Source of the DNA: Gammaproteobacteria bacterium
GTDB taxonomy: Bacteria; Pseudomonadota; Gammaproteobacteria; GCA-2400775
Direction: 5' to 3'
Length of the DNA stretch: 44,357 nt
Assembly: GCA_016765075.1 (NCBI GenBank)
Contig: JAESQP010000114.1
Coordinates: 1-44,357 of the forward strand
Positions 20,001 to 29,744 of the stretch are shown here, piece by piece. The translations under genes and the position numbers were made by a program. Numbering within the stretch: position 1 is the first letter of the stretch; every line of letters begins with the position of its first letter. The notes beneath the pieces are model-generated. The model searched no databases and had not been told where the DNA came from. It saw nothing but the letters and a program-made list of their open reading frames with translations.

Positions 20001-20108
20001 CAGGTCGGTAATGCGATACATCCGCACCCAACACAAACCGAAATGTTTGGTGAGATGGCACGTCGTTTGTTGTCGCGTCTACGTCGTAGTGCCCGACGTA
20101 AAAAGTAA
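17097..20108 (+). CDS. Fused dihydrolipoamide acyltransferase (E2: two lipoyl domains + PSBD + catalytic core) and dihydrolipoamide dehydrogenase (E3)
   Basis: Lipoyl lysines in [11 protein letters not shown] at codons 45 and 157. PSBD is [29 protein letters not shown]2 core has TFMISNMG and GDHRVVNG (codons 475-482). From about codon 507 there is a complete E3: [11 protein letters not shown], redox disulfide [13 protein letters not shown], a second dinucleotide fold [11 protein letters not shown], and HPHPTQTE near the C-terminus. No stop codon separates the two parts. Confidence 0.85.
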   Translation: MADPYSIKMPQLSDTMTEGVLVSWEKELGAKVERGDIVATVETDKAIMDVEVFKEGYLSGPLAEVDATVEVGAAIAYIVTDESEITNETAPASGVEVAAVPVEPAPTTLSDPANALLTITMPQLSDTMTEGIVVSWEKELGSQVSRGDIVATVETDKAIMDVEVFKDGYLSGPMAEIDSVIAVGDAMAYLVENKSDVEQALFSTSSSGAAKSNDVSDAVVLAKKAATPIYSGSAAPASRPHNGSATPYARKVAGGMQVDLNRVHGSGPAGVIQAADVQQAASSGTATAVSGLAQVDVPGVGRPMNAMEKAIAQSMSSSIGIPDFRVTVDTQPVKLIAAAKKAGISVTVAIAKACALAMKAHPSMNWAYKSGDQIIERDNVDIGMAVSVEGGLVVPVLRNCESRSLEELNADWQDLVSRSRARRLAPAEYANPTFMISNMGMMGVKYFDAIVTPGMAGILAISSPGPDGMPLTITGDHRVVNGANVAQYLNTLKTTIEQPETWLESTMGSAIPEGDWDYDVVVIGGGPGGEDCARDLTEHGLKVAMINDSKFPGGECLWRGCIPSKAWRAAADKLRDRAHDAHLGITGTDKGQLVWADMEKTRRGILETRGEMAYKTDIGVKIKYIHGQGGFVSDHVIRVDSSTNNDDPHIRPDQSVGDKGKEISFGCAVIATGAPPFIPPIGGAAEGLKNGGVLTSDTVWALDKVPKKLVVIGGGAIGVEMAQIFQDFGSEVTLLEAQDRILVEVEDEIAKTLTGILNDDPRLTIQTSVKVVEITGKPGKMSIKFVDAEGIEHKTACDYVIMATGKRPVLEPLHLDKSGVASDRSVITVDKTGRTSASHIFAVGDVIGGLMLAHTAGQQGRVAAQTILGERAAYDEAKDCGVIFSRPQAGFVGLSVAQAKAKGMDAVEVKMPMSIDAKAMITGETLGLIKIVADKTTQKIIGVHFLADHTDTLIGEAVMMVAGEMTLSQVGNAIHPHPTQTEMFGEMARRLLSRLRRSARRKK

Positions 20109-20137
20109 TTTGGCGTAAAAAAATAAGTCTATATCCT

Positions 20138-21343
20138 ATGAGCAAAATTAATAAAGTGGTGCTCGCCTATTCCGGTGGTCTCGATACCTCCGTTATTCTG
20201 CAATGGTTACGTGATACTTACGATTGTGAAGTGGTCACCTTTACCGCTGACATTGGCCAAGGCGAAGAAGTGGAGCCCGCGCGTGCCAAGGCGCAACAGC
20301 TCGATGTCAAAGAAATCTATATCGACGATCTACGTGAAGAATTCGTTCGTGATTTTGTCTTTCCCATGTTTCGTTCTAACGCAGTGTATGAAGGTGAATA
20401 CCTGTTAGGCACCTCGATTGCGCGGCCACTCATTGCCAAACGCCAAATCGAAATCGCCAATGAAACTGGTGCCGATGCCGTATCACATGGCGCTACCGGC
20501 AAGGGTAACGATCAAGTGCGTTTTGAGCTGGGTTATTATGGCCTGCGTTCAGATATTAAAGTCATTGCACCGTGGCGCGAGTGGGATTTGAATTCACGCG
20601 AAGACTTGATGAAGTATGCTAAAAATCATGGTATTCCTATCGAGCGTAAGCAAGGCAAGAAATCCCCGTATTCCATGGATGCCAATGCCCTGCATATTTC
20701 TTATGAAGGCGGCATTCTCGAAGACCCGGCTGCTGAACCAGAAGCAGACATGTGGCGCTGGAGTGTTTCACCTGAAAAGGCGCTAGACCAAGCGCAATAT
20801 ATTGAACTCGATTATAAACAAGGTGATGCCGTCGCCATTGATGGTGTCGCCATGACACCTTACGCGGTGCTAGCCAAGCTCAATGAGATTGGCGGCCAAC
20901 ACGGTATTGGTCGTTTAGACATCGTAGAAAATCGCTATGTCGGCATGAAGTCACGCGGCTGTTATGAAACCCCCGGTGGCACCATTTTATTAAAAGGTCA
21001 TCGCGCTATTGAATCCATCACCCTGGATCGTGAAGTCGCCCATCTTAAAGATGAGCTCATGCCACGCTATGCCAGCCTAATCTATAACGGTTACTGGTGG
21101 TCACCCGAGCGTGAAATGATGCAAACCATGATCGATGCCTCGCAACAACGTGTTAATGGCCGCGTTCGCATCAAACTCTACAAAGGCAATGTTATTGTTG
21201 TTGGCAGAGAATCTGCAACGGATAGTCTCTATAGCCCGAGCATTGTTACTTTTGAGGATGATGGTGGTGCCTATACGCAAGCGGATGCACATGGCTTTAT
21301 TAAGTTGAATGCGTTGAGATTAGCGTTGAGACAGAAAAAATAA
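20138..21343 (+). CDS. argG: Argininosuccinate synthase
   Basis: [12 protein letters not shown]-PPase motif, [31 protein letters not shown]. Confidence 0.95.
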   Translation: MSKINKVVLAYSGGLDTSVILQWLRDTYDCEVVTFTADIGQGEEVEPARAKAQQLDVKEIYIDDLREEFVRDFVFPMFRSNAVYEGEYLLGTSIARPLIAKRQIEIANETGADAVSHGATGKGNDQVRFELGYYGLRSDIKVIAPWREWDLNSREDLMKYAKNHGIPIERKQGKKSPYSMDANALHISYEGGILEDPAAEPEADMWRWSVSPEKALDQAQYIELDYKQGDAVAIDGVAMTPYAVLAKLNEIGGQHGIGRLDIVENRYVGMKSRGCYETPGGTILLKGHRAIESITLDREVAHLKDELMPRYASLIYNGYWWSPEREMMQTMIDASQQRVNGRVRIKLYKGNVIVVGRESATDSLYSPSIVTFEDDGGAYTQADAHGFIKLNALRLALRQKK

Positions 21344-21377
21344 CCTTAAATAAACTGCTATGAATTTAAAATAATTT

Positions 21378-21800
21378 ATGGCATTACTAATAATTTTCAT
21401 TATAGGAATTTTGGAGATAATTAGTATTGGTGAATTACATGCTGTTATCGGAACATTATATCTAGTCGCTGTATATATTGTTACCACGCTCATAGGTGCA
21501 ATATGTTTACTATTTTAATATCCAAAATATAAACGATACATAAAAAAAGTAAATGGAATAGAAGTTTCAGAAGATATAAAAGAAAAACTAGAGACATCTG
21601 CATTGTCTTCAAGAGAAGCAGAAAAATTAAAGCATTTTGCTTTTACAGCAGTATTTTATATTGCGTGCTTACTTGTAGCAGTTCCAGACATTGTAACTGA
21701 CATACTTGGCATCCTCTTAGTCATACCCTTTATTAGTAATTACGTTATCAAATCACAAACAAATAAAGCATTTAAAAATCTCACGGCATCCTATGAGTAA
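21378..21800 (+). pseudogene. fxsA-like (UPF0716) membrane protein gene split by an in-frame TAA (21516-21518)
   Basis: A 46-codon ORF (MALLIIFIIGILEIISIGELHAVIGTLYLVAVYIVTTLIGAICLLF) is followed by TAA. The same frame continues to the 65-aa ORF containing LLVAVPDIVTDILGILLVIPF, which resembles the FxsA PGF-x-TD-x-x-G-x-LLL-x-P motif. The N-terminal part resembles the FxsA E-I...IG...T..IG pattern. Confidence 0.5.
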
Positions 21801-21902
21801 TATCTTTAGTAATGCGATTAATTTGACCAAAAAAAACACCATTGCGCATCGCTGTATTCTATTTTTTTGGTTAAGTTAGCTTAAAAATTAATTTTTCCGA
21901 TA

Positions 21903-22634
21903 ATGACTATGCATACCTTCGCAACCATTCTAGCGCGTGCTGAAAAGCGAAAAGGTGGCTCTAAGAAGCTTAAAAAGCTGCTTAAGTCTGTCTTATCAAA
22001 AAAACAACTGACACAAAAAGGCGATGATCGTTTTCTTGCGATGATGGCGCGGGCGATTAATCAGGCAGGATTTAATTGGACGGTGATTGCTAATAAATGG
22101 CCGCAGTTTGAACAGGCGTTTTTTGGTTTTGATATTAAGACGCTAGGCTGTATGCCACCAGAGAGGTGGGAGGAATATCTTAAGGATAAACGGGTTGTGC
22201 GTCATTGGCTAAAGATTAAGGCGGTGATGGAGAACACCTATTTCATTCAGGGAATTGTCAGAGAGCATGGCAGCTTTGCACAATTTATTGCTGAATGGCC
22301 TGAAAATGACCAGGTGGGCTTGATGGCTTATTTAAAAAAACACGGTTCGCGCCTAGGCGGTAATAGTGGGCAATGGTTTATGCGTTATGTGGGTAAAGAT
22401 TGTTTTGTCTTATCGCAAGACGTAGTCACCGCAGTTCAGAATGCTGGTGTTGATGTTGCCGATAAGCCAGCGTCAAAACGTGATCTGGCTAAAATACAGC
22501 ATGCGTTTAACGAGTGGCATGAGGAAACGGGATTGCCTTATACCCATTTAAGTCAGATTGCCGGGTTTTCGATTGGCACTAACTACGACAATGATTTTAT
22601 TCAGGGTGAAATGGAAAAATTTTTCGTGGATTAG
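21903..22634 (+). CDS. DNA-3-methyladenine glycosylase I (Tag)-like protein with Lys-rich N-terminal extension
   Basis: Similar to the Tag helix-hairpin-helix core (FLAMMARAINQAGFNWTVIANKWPQFEQAFFGFD..., VVRHWLKIKAV). I do not see the N-terminal Cys/His zinc-snap residues of canonical Tag. Confidence 0.6.
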   Translation: MTMHTFATILARAEKRKGGSKKLKKLLKSVLSKKQLTQKGDDRFLAMMARAINQAGFNWTVIANKWPQFEQAFFGFDIKTLGCMPPERWEEYLKDKRVVRHWLKIKAVMENTYFIQGIVREHGSFAQFIAEWPENDQVGLMAYLKKHGSRLGGNSGQWFMRYVGKDCFVLSQDVVTAVQNAGVDVADKPASKRDLAKIQHAFNEWHEETGLPYTHLSQIAGFSIGTNYDNDFIQGEMEKFFVD

Positions 22635-22797
22635 GAGGCTGTCGGACTTAGGATGAATCTACTACGACAAAGCCATTTTGACCCCATTTTATGGATCCTT
22701 TTCGTTAAATAGGCTCACTATTCGCCTCAAACGATCCATAAAATGGACTCAAAATGGCTTTCCCTCGCTACGATCACCTAAGCCCGACAGCCTCCTA
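22632..22797. mobile_element. MITE-like palindromic element, family B, copy 1 (~166 bp)
   Basis: Termini TAGGAGGCTGTCGGACTTAGG...CCTAAGCCCGACAGCCTCCTA. The arms are inverted repeats over ~65 bp. About 85% identical to the reverse complement of 35658-35823. Its first three bases are the TAG stop of the Tag-like gene. Confidence 0.7.
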
Positions 22798-22828
22798 GTT
22801 CGGTTAGAATATTCTCTATTTGAATATT

Positions 22829-23887
22829 CTAAGACAGTAGTGATTTCAAGCAGTTAATCAAGGCAGCACACTCTGCATCTGTACCCACGGTGATACGTAA
22901 AAACTGATCAATACGTGGTTTTGCGAAATGTCGGACGATAATATTTTTTTCACGTAAGCGTTGGCTGAGTGCGGCAGCATCATTGTCAGGGTGGCGGATA
23001 AAGACAAAGTTAGCTTGAGACGGCAATACTTTAAAGCCTAAGTCTGCCAAATCGGCAACCAACTTTTCTCGCGTAGTGATAATTTTTTTCTTGGTTTGTT
23101 GGAAGTGATCTTCGTCTTCAAAGGCAGCGATGGCGCCAGCCGATGCAAAGCGATCGATAGGGTAGGAGTTAAAACTATTTTTGATTCGTTCCAGAGCCTC
23201 TATTAATTTTTCATTACCTATAGCAAAGCCTAAACGTAGCCCTGCCAGTGAGCGGGATTTGGACAGCGTTTGCACGACTAACAGGTTCGGGTATTGGTCG
23301 ATCAGTGCAATTGCGGTGTTGCCACCAAAATCGATATAGGCCTCGTCGACGACAACAACGGAATCAGTATTGTTGTCCAATAGTTGCTTGATAGCCTCTA
23401 AGCCAAGTCCAACGCCGGTTGGGGCATTAGGATTGGGGAAGATAATGCCACCGTTTGGTTTTTTGTAATCATCGACATTGACACTAAAACTGTCATCCAG
23501 CGCAATAGTTTCAAATTCTATTTCATATAAAGCGCAATATACTGGATAGAAGCTGTAAGTAATACCGGGATAGAGAATGGGTTTGTCGTGTTTAAGCAAA
23601 GCCTGAAAGATATGTGCTAAGACTTCATCAGAGCCGTTACCGACGAAGACTTGTCTTGATTTTACGCCATAGTAATCAGCAATAGTTTGTCTGAGTTTAT
23701 CCGAATTTGGGTCAGGGTAGAGACGTAATGAATCCGTAGCCTCTGTTTTCAAAGCATCCAAGACTCTAGGCGATGGGCCATAGGGGTTCTCATTGGTGTT
23801 GAGCTTAATGAGGTTGTTTATTTTTGGCTGTTCACCCGGAACATAGGGTTCCAGGTTGTGAACGAGCTTGCTCCAGTAGTCGGTCAT
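22829..23887 (-). CDS. hisC: Histidinol-phosphate aminotransferase
   Basis: Class II aminotransferase: [41 protein letters not shown] (PLP lysine). Confidence 0.85.
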   Translation of the reverse strand: MTDYWSKLVHNLEPYVPGEQPKINNLIKLNTNENPYGPSPRVLDALKTEATDSLRLYPDPNSDKLRQTIADYYGVKSRQVFVGNGSDEVLAHIFQALLKHDKPILYPGITYSFYPVYCALYEIEFETIALDDSFSVNVDDYKKPNGGIIFPNPNAPTGVGLGLEAIKQLLDNNTDSVVVVDEAYIDFGGNTAIALIDQYPNLLVVQTLSKSRSLAGLRLGFAIGNEKLIEALERIKNSFNSYPIDRFASAGAIAAFEDEDHFQQTKKKIITTREKLVADLADLGFKVLPSQANFVFIRHPDNDAAALSQRLREKNIIVRHFAKPRIDQFLRITVGTDAECAALINCLKSLLS

Positions 23888-23921
23888 GATGAATAGTATT
23901 TAGTTAATTCAGGAAAGTAGT

Positions 23922-24344
23922 TTACAACTCTTTTAACATTATTAGATAGGCTTGTTCGTCAGGCTCGGTTTGGTTTCGCTGTGCCTGCCACATGACTTCG
24001 CCTAGGCAATCCATGATGCGATGCTCGGCTTCGTGTTCATCACCAGCTTTGTTGCAAATTTTTTGGTAGGCCGCGCGAATGCCATCGGGGCGGTTGGTGC
24101 TAAGTTGTTCGTAGATGGCGATATGCATGCCCATATGCAAAAAGGGGTTGGTTTCGCCAAATTCAGGTAAATATTCACGACCGATGGCGGCGTCTTCTTT
24201 TGCTAGTAGTGGTTGGTACTCTGGGTGCTTGGCAATGATGTCAGCGACAATGGTTTCCAGTTGTTCCATAGGTTCGTTGTTTTGTTTCTTTTGCCATGAA
24301 GTAATAAAAAACTTTCTGAGTTGGTCGCGATCTTGGGTGAACAT
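23922..24344 (-). CDS. DUF1841 family protein
   Basis: Conserved small protein (FITSWQK..., NPFLHMGMHIAIYEQL, EHEAEHRIMDCLGE). The family assignment is from memory. Confidence 0.6.
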   Translation of the reverse strand: MFTQDRDQLRKFFITSWQKKQNNEPMEQLETIVADIIAKHPEYQPLLAKEDAAIGREYLPEFGETNPFLHMGMHIAIYEQLSTNRPDGIRAAYQKICNKAGDEHEAEHRIMDCLGEVMWQAQRNQTEPDEQAYLIMLKEL

Positions 24345-24346
24345 GA

Positions 24347-24982
24347 TTAAATTTCAGTCTTTTTTTTGTATTCGCACAGGTCTTCAATGATGCAAGAACC
24401 ACAACGAGGTTTACGAGCGATGCAGGTGTAACGGCCGTGCAGGATTAGCCAGTGATGGGCGTCAACCTTAAATTCATCAGCAACGAATTTGAGAAGCTTT
24501 TTCTCGACTTCGTTAACGTTTTTACCGGGAGCAATACCGGTGCGATTTGAAACTCGAAAAATATGGGTATCAACAGCAATGGTAGGTTCGCCAAAAGCGG
24601 TATTGAGCACGACATTGGCGGTTTTACGGCCAACGCCGGGTAGTGCCTCTAATGCTTCACGATCATTGGGTACTTCGCTGTTGTGCCTGTCGATCAATAG
24701 TTTGCAGGTCTTGATGATGTTAGCACCCTTGGTGTTATACAAACCAATGGTTTTGATAGTGCTTTTGAGTTTTTTCTCGCCCAAGGCGTAAATTTTTTCT
24801 GGGGTGTTGGCAATGGGGTAGAGTTTATCGGTCGCTTTGTTAACGCCAACATCGGTGGCTTGGGCTGAGAGAATCACGGCAATTAATAACTCAAACGGGT
24901 TAGAATAATTAAGCTCTGTTGTTGGCTTGGGGTTATTTTCACGCCAACGTGTAAAAATTTCTGTACGTTTTAGTTTGTTCAC
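24347..24982 (-). CDS. nth: Endonuclease III
   Basis: HhH-GPD (LPGVGRKTANVVL), catalytic Lys/Asp region, C-terminal 4Fe-4S cluster C-x6-C-x2-C-x5-C (CIARKPRCGSCIIEDLC). Located downstream of rnfE as in enterobacteria. Confidence 0.95.
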   Translation of the reverse strand: MNKLKRTEIFTRWRENNPKPTTELNYSNPFELLIAVILSAQATDVGVNKATDKLYPIANTPEKIYALGEKKLKSTIKTIGLYNTKGANIIKTCKLLIDRHNSEVPNDREALEALPGVGRKTANVVLNTAFGEPTIAVDTHIFRVSNRTGIAPGKNVNEVEKKLLKFVADEFKVDAHHWLILHGRYTCIARKPRCGSCIIEDLCEYKKKTEI

Positions 24983-25021
24983 TTTGGCCAGTCAGCCCCT
25001 TAAGTGCGAATGCTGATTGGG

Positions 25022-25699
25022 CTAGGCTTCGGCAGGTGCAGTGACAACGATAGCACTAGCCATACGCCTACGCTTGGCATCGATAACGTTTTTAATGGCA
25101 ATCATAAAGCCAAGCAGCATAAAGGCACCCGGTGGCAATACAGCTAACAAGAAACCGCGGTAGTCTTCAATCAAGGTGATCGTCATGCTGTGGCCTATTT
25201 CGCCAAACATTAAATGAGCGTTGGCGAACAAGGTGCCTTGACCAATTGCTTCACGTAGTCCGCCGAGAACGAGCAGTACGGCGGTAAAACCCAGGCCCAT
25301 CATTAAACCATCGAGGATAGATGCCGCAGGGGTATTTTTCGAAGCGAAGGCTTCGGCGCGGGCGATGATGACGCAATTGGTTACAATCAAGGGGATGAAA
25401 ATACCCAATATCAAATAGAGTTCATGGAAAAAGGCATTCATTGACAATTCGATGGTGGTGACTACCGCAGCGATGATTAAGACAAAGATAGGAATACGAA
25501 TCTCAGGACGTATTTGATTGCGAATTAAGGATACGGTCAAATTCGATGCAACCAGCGTTAAGATTGTGGCCAAACCCATGCCCAGCGCATTGATAACAGT
25601 GGATGACACGGCGAGTAGAGGACACAAGCCGAGGACTTGTACCAGGGCGGGGTTGTTGGTCCATAAACCGTCATTAATAATTTTACGTGTCTGTGACAT
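25022..25699 (-). CDS. rnfE: Rnf/Rsx electron transport complex subunit E
   Basis: [22 protein letters not shown] signature, polytopic membrane protein, operon position. Confidence 0.9.
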   Translation of the reverse strand: MSQTRKIINDGLWTNNPALVQVLGLCPLLAVSSTVINALGMGLATILTLVASNLTVSLIRNQIRPEIRIPIFVLIIAAVVTTIELSMNAFFHELYLILGIFIPLIVTNCVIIARAEAFASKNTPAASILDGLMMGLGFTAVLLVLGGLREAIGQGTLFANAHLMFGEIGHSMTITLIEDYRGFLLAVLPPGAFMLLGFMIAIKNVIDAKRRRMASAIVVTAPAEA

Positions 25700-25702
25700 A
25701 AA

Positions 25703-26347
25703 CTACTCGCTGGTATCAATTATCTTATCGCTTTCGGCGGAGAAGATAAGTGATTGTTGCTGATTAAAGTATTGTAAACAAAGATGTACAGCTTTGACTA
25801 CAGCGCGTGGGGTAATCGTTGCGCCAGTGAGCTGATCAAAAATGCCGCCATCTTTTTTTACTGCCCAGCCGCGCTTGCCGGGATTATTCAATGAGTGACC
25901 ATCAAAGCGGCTGATCCAGTCATTACGTTGAATATCGATGCCATCACCAAGACCGGGTGTCTCTTTGTGTTTGATTACGCGAACTCCCATGAGTTTTCCA
26001 TCGATATTAATCGCTACCAGCAGGTCAATATTGCCACTATAACCATCGGGTGTTGTGGTGCTGATGACAGCGGCGACAGGGGCATTATGTTTGCGCGCGC
26101 GGTAGATAGTTTTAGGATTGGCATTGCCGAGATAGCCGGGCGCGATGAGCTGAAAACTGTCTGCAACCAAATCGTTATCGTAAAACACATCTGGCACCAT
26201 TTCGCCTAGGGTGCGTAGAGTGAATAAACGTTCTTCCTCGGCGATACGGTCTTTTGTTATTTCATTAGTCAGCGCCAATAAGGCTGTGCCGATTAAAGCG
26301 AAGATCGCCAGTGCCACGCCGGTTTTTGCCATGTTATTCGCTAACAT
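25703..26347 (-). CDS. rnfG: Rnf/Rsx complex subunit G (FMN-binding)
   Basis: N-terminal anchor plus FMN_bind region (ETPGLGD, flavinylation-type motif TGATIT). Confidence 0.9.
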   Translation of the reverse strand: MLANNMAKTGVALAIFALIGTALLALTNEITKDRIAEEERLFTLRTLGEMVPDVFYDNDLVADSFQLIAPGYLGNANPKTIYRARKHNAPVAAVISTTTPDGYSGNIDLLVAINIDGKLMGVRVIKHKETPGLGDGIDIQRNDWISRFDGHSLNNPGKRGWAVKKDGGIFDQLTGATITPRAVVKAVHLCLQYFNQQQSLIFSAESDKIIDTSE

Positions 26348-26349
26348 GA

Positions 26350-27381
26350 TTAATCCTTACCATGGCCAAATACGCGTGGTTTAATGTAGTAGTCAATAGT
26401 CGGTGCAACCATATTCATTAGCAGCACACTGAAGGCTACTGCATCAGGATAGCCGCCCCAGGTGCGAATGACATAGGTGAAGACGCCAATACCGATACCG
26501 TAAACAATGCGGCCGGGGTTGCTGGTGGCGGCGCTCACTGGGTCGGTGGCGATAAAAAAAGCACCGAGCATGGTTGCGCCGCTCAGTAAGTGAATCATTG
26601 GCGATGAGAAAGTATCGGCATCGATAAGATAAAACACACCTGATAGCACGGCAATAGTTGTGAGCATGGCAACGGGGATATGCCAGCTAATAATCCGTTT
26701 ATAAATTAAGAATAGACCACCAATGAGAAAGGCAATATTAATCCATTCCCAGCCTAAACCGGCCAGGTTGCTGAATAAAGGGTTGCCGGTGATAATTTGT
26801 TCTATGTTTTGTTCTAAACGCAGTTGCGTTTTTAGTGTGTCTAGTGGTGTCGCCATGCTGATGGCATCGTTAACATTATCTTTTAAGCCACTAAAGGTAA
26901 TGTTCCAGGAATCGATAAAACTCAGACTTACATTGGTATTATTTAGCGGTGCTTGCCAGCGAGTCATTTCAATGGGGAATGACAGCAATAACATGACATA
27001 ACCGGCCATAGCGGGATTAAACGGGTTATAGCCCAGGCCACCATAAAGTTGTTTGGCAATAATAATGGCGAAAGCGGCACCCATTACCACCATCCACCAC
27101 GGTGCGATAGGTGGTAATGCTAATGCTAACAAGACAGCAGTTACTACTGCGCTGCCATCATACAAAAAGGGCAATACAGGACGTTTGCGAATGAGTAACA
27201 TGCCGGCTTCACAAACCAGCGCGGTGACTAAGGCCAAAAGAATATTGATGACCACGCCCCAACCAAAATAGCCAACGTAGACAGCGATGCCTGGAATGGT
27301 TGCCGCGATAACCAGCAGCATGACGCGGCTGACGCTGTCGCCACTGTGAATATGCGGTGATGTCGGAGTCTTAAATTCCAT
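26350..27381 (-). CDS. rnfD: Rnf/Rsx complex subunit D
   Basis: NqrB/RnfD family polytopic protein. SPHIH near the N-terminus and the ATDPVSA flavinylation-site region. Confidence 0.9.
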   Translation of the reverse strand: MEFKTPTSPHIHSGDSVSRVMLLVIAATIPGIAVYVGYFGWGVVINILLALVTALVCEAGMLLIRKRPVLPFLYDGSAVVTAVLLALALPPIAPWWMVVMGAAFAIIIAKQLYGGLGYNPFNPAMAGYVMLLLSFPIEMTRWQAPLNNTNVSLSFIDSWNITFSGLKDNVNDAISMATPLDTLKTQLRLEQNIEQIITGNPLFSNLAGLGWEWINIAFLIGGLFLIYKRIISWHIPVAMLTTIAVLSGVFYLIDADTFSSPMIHLLSGATMLGAFFIATDPVSAATSNPGRIVYGIGIGVFTYVIRTWGGYPDAVAFSVLLMNMVAPTIDYYIKPRVFGHGKD

Positions 27382-27429
27382 TAGCTGTCGTTGGTCTCAG
27401 GTTTATTCTCATGAGAAGGGCATTGGGAA

Positions 27430-27582
27430 CCTCTGATCAATTCGTGGAACACGACCTTGACGGCTGAAATCTTCCATCTCTACGTTGCGAATCTTGTCAA
27501 TAGCCCCACTATTGACTGCAATTCGCGCCTTGATCTGAAAGATTTCAGCCGTCAATTTCGTTGTCCCAGAATTAATCAGAGG
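27430..27582. mobile_element. MITE-like palindromic element, family A, copy 2 (~153 bp), inside the rnf operon
   Basis: The left arm CCTCTGATCAATTCGTGGAACACGACCTTGACGGCTGAAATCTTCCATCTC pairs with the reverse complement of the right arm, CCTCTGATTAATTCTGGGACAACGAAATTGACGGCTGAAATCTTTCAGATC. It fills most of the 194-bp rnfC-rnfD spacer and contains the rnfC TGA stop. Confidence 0.7.
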
Positions 27583-29153
27583 CTCCCTTGTTGCAAGCGC
27601 TTCGCTTTAGCCTTGGCTACGGCTTCATCAATAACGGATTTTGTTTCGCTATCGCCAGTCTTTATCACTGTGTCGGTAGCCTTTTTCTTTGCAGCCAGGG
27701 CAGCCTTTTTTTGGCGATGGCGTTCGGCTTTTTCTGCGGCTTCGCGTTCTATTCTTGCTTGACGAAACTCATGGCGATCGCGGGCAATATCGGCTTGTTG
27801 TTTTTCGCGTTCAGCTGCCCAGATTTCCCCTTTGGCATGACGATAATATTGTACCAAAGGAATTTTGCTGGGGCAGACATAGGAGCAGCAGCCACATTCG
27901 ATGCAATCGAACAGGTCAAATTCTTGTGCTTTTTCATGGTTTCGTGATTTTGCATGCCAATAGAGTTGCTGTGGTAGTAGCGAGACGGGGCATACTTCTG
28001 CACAGGCGCCACAACGTATACAGGGCATAACGGCAGGTTCGCTCACTACATCTTCTTCAGTGCAAGCGATAATACAATTGGTCGTTTTAATCACAGGCAC
28101 CTGGTCAGTTTGCATAGCATAACCCATCATCGGACCGCCCATGATGAGGCGCGATATGGCTGAAAAATCGCCATCGCATTGTTTTACTAGCTCAGACATA
28201 GGTGTGCCTATGAACGCACGAATATTGCGTGGCTTAGTCACGCCGCTACCGGTGATGGTGACGTAACGTGATATTAAGGGCTCGCCTTGATAAACGGCGC
28301 GATAGACGGCAGCGGCTGTTGCAACGTTATGGCAAACAATGCCGATTTGTGTGGCGAGTCCGTTGACAGGGACTTCTTTGCCGGTAATGGCCTGGATTAG
28401 TTGTTTTTCGCTGCCGTGTGGGTAGATGGTCGGCACACTAACGACTTTTACGCCGCTGGTTTCTTTGGCCATCATCGTCATAGCGGCAAGCGCTTGTGGT
28501 TTATTTTCTTCGACGGCGATAACGCACTCTTTAGCATTTAAAGCATGACGCATAATGGTCAGGCCGAGCATGATCTCACCCGAACGTTCGCGCATGATGA
28601 CATCGTCGCAGGTGATGTATGGCTCGCACTCAACACCATTTAAAATCAAGGTATCGATTTGTTTATTAGCGCCAGGGTTTAATTTTATAAACGAGGGAAA
28701 ACCGGCGCCCCCTAAACCAACAATGCCGGCGTCGCGAATGACATTACGCAGCGCGCTGGCGTCGAGTTTTTTCCAGTCCTGTACGGCGTTGCGCTGACCC
28801 CATTTATCCTCACCGTCGGTTTCGATAATGATGCAGGGCGCATTCATACCGGATGGGTGAGGAATAGGGTAGTTGGCAATATCAGTGACGGTGCCAGAGG
28901 TGGGGGCGTGGATGGCAGCACTGACGTAGCCATTGGCTTTAGCGATGCGCTGGCCTTTTAATACCGTGTCACCAATAGCCACAACCGGCTCTGCCGGCTC
29001 ACCAATATGTTGGTGTAGTGGCAAAATCAAACGCGCAGGGATTTTTGCCTTTATTGAAGCAAGCTTGTTTGATTCTGCCTTATGTTGCGGTGGATGCACG
29101 CCGCCGGGGAATTTATGTGGTGAACGCCAATGATGAAGCAATGATTCAATCAT
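27576..29153 (-). CDS. rnfC: Rnf/Rsx complex subunit C (NADH-binding, 2x[4Fe-4S])
   Basis: GLGGAGFP, two ferredoxin motifs [12 protein letters not shown] and [12 protein letters not shown], Lys/Ala/Glu-rich C-terminal tail. Confidence 0.9.
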   Translation of the reverse strand: MIESLLHHWRSPHKFPGGVHPPQHKAESNKLASIKAKIPARLILPLHQHIGEPAEPVVAIGDTVLKGQRIAKANGYVSAAIHAPTSGTVTDIANYPIPHPSGMNAPCIIIETDGEDKWGQRNAVQDWKKLDASALRNVIRDAGIVGLGGAGFPSFIKLNPGANKQIDTLILNGVECEPYITCDDVIMRERSGEIMLGLTIMRHALNAKECVIAVEENKPQALAAMTMMAKETSGVKVVSVPTIYPHGSEKQLIQAITGKEVPVNGLATQIGIVCHNVATAAAVYRAVYQGEPLISRYVTITGSGVTKPRNIRAFIGTPMSELVKQCDGDFSAISRLIMGGPMMGYAMQTDQVPVIKTTNCIIACTEEDVVSEPAVMPCIRCGACAEVCPVSLLPQQLYWHAKSRNHEKAQEFDLFDCIECGCCSYVCPSKIPLVQYYRHAKGEIWAAEREKQQADIARDRHEFRQARIEREAAEKAERHRQKKAALAAKKKATDTVIKTGDSETKSVIDEAVAKAKAKRLQQGSL

Positions 29154-29740
29154 GCGCTTTTTTTCTCTGGCTCATTGTATTGAGCCAGCTTAGCAAGTGT
29201 GACATTGTCAGTTGGGAACGGCCAATTCCATTCGCTGATATCGGTTGCTATTGGCACCATGGTAATACAGTCGATTACCGGGCAAGGTTCGATACACAGT
29301 TTACAGCCAGTACATTCAGGGCCAATCACGGTGTGCATTTGTTTGGCTGCACCGAGAATGGCATCCACCGGGCAGGCTTGTATGCAACGGGTACAGCCAA
29401 TACAGGTTGCTTCGTTAATGATAGCAATGGCTTTAACGCTTTCTTCGCCGTTTTCCGGGTTGAGTTCTTTCGGTTCCCTGCCAAGCAAATCGGCAAGTGC
29501 TTGAATGGTTGCTTCGCCACCAGGGGGGCATTGGTTGATATCGGCCTCACCATTAGCGATTGCTGTGGCATAGGGTTTACAGCCAGGATAGGTACATTGG
29601 CCGCATTGGGTTTGCGGCAACAAGGCGTCGATTTTTTCGACCAGTGGGTCGCCTTCGACTTTGAAATACACCGCTGCAAAACCGAGGATTAAACCAAAGA
29701 CCAGGGCCAATGTACTGAGTGCCAATATTGCACTTAACAC
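29150..29740 (-). CDS. rnfB: Rnf/Rsx complex subunit B (polyferredoxin)
   Basis: [18 protein letters not shown] cluster motif, [12 protein letters not shown] and [12 protein letters not shown]. The start is uncertain. GTG at 29740 gives an RsxB-like N-terminus, whereas the ORF-track TTG at 29767 would overlap rnfA. Confidence 0.85.
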   Translation of the reverse strand: MLSAILALSTLALVFGLILGFAAVYFKVEGDPLVEKIDALLPQTQCGQCTYPGCKPYATAIANGEADINQCPPGGEATIQALADLLGREPKELNPENGEESVKAIAIINEATCIGCTRCIQACPVDAILGAAKQMHTVIGPECTGCKLCIEPCPVIDCITMVPIATDISEWNWPFPTDNVTLAKLAQYNEPEKKSA

Positions 29741-29744
29741 GACG

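Noticed and set aside
20109-20137. argG lies only 29 bp after the E2-E3 ORF with no terminator, which might suggest a functional pdh-argG operon.
   Set aside because: Close spacing alone does not show co-regulation, and the arg genes here are otherwise scattered (argDF elsewhere). I treat this as ordinary gene packing.
29018-29692. A 224-aa ORF on the plus strand, antisense to rnfB/rnfC.
   Set aside because: It lies entirely opposite two strongly conserved Fe-S protein genes and has no recognisable motifs, no RBS context and an odd composition. Long antisense frames are expected opposite Cys/Gly/Ala-rich coding sequence. The same reasoning applies to the antisense ORFs at 15616-15981, 16619-16993, 17783-18145, 27588-27947 and 27689-28030.
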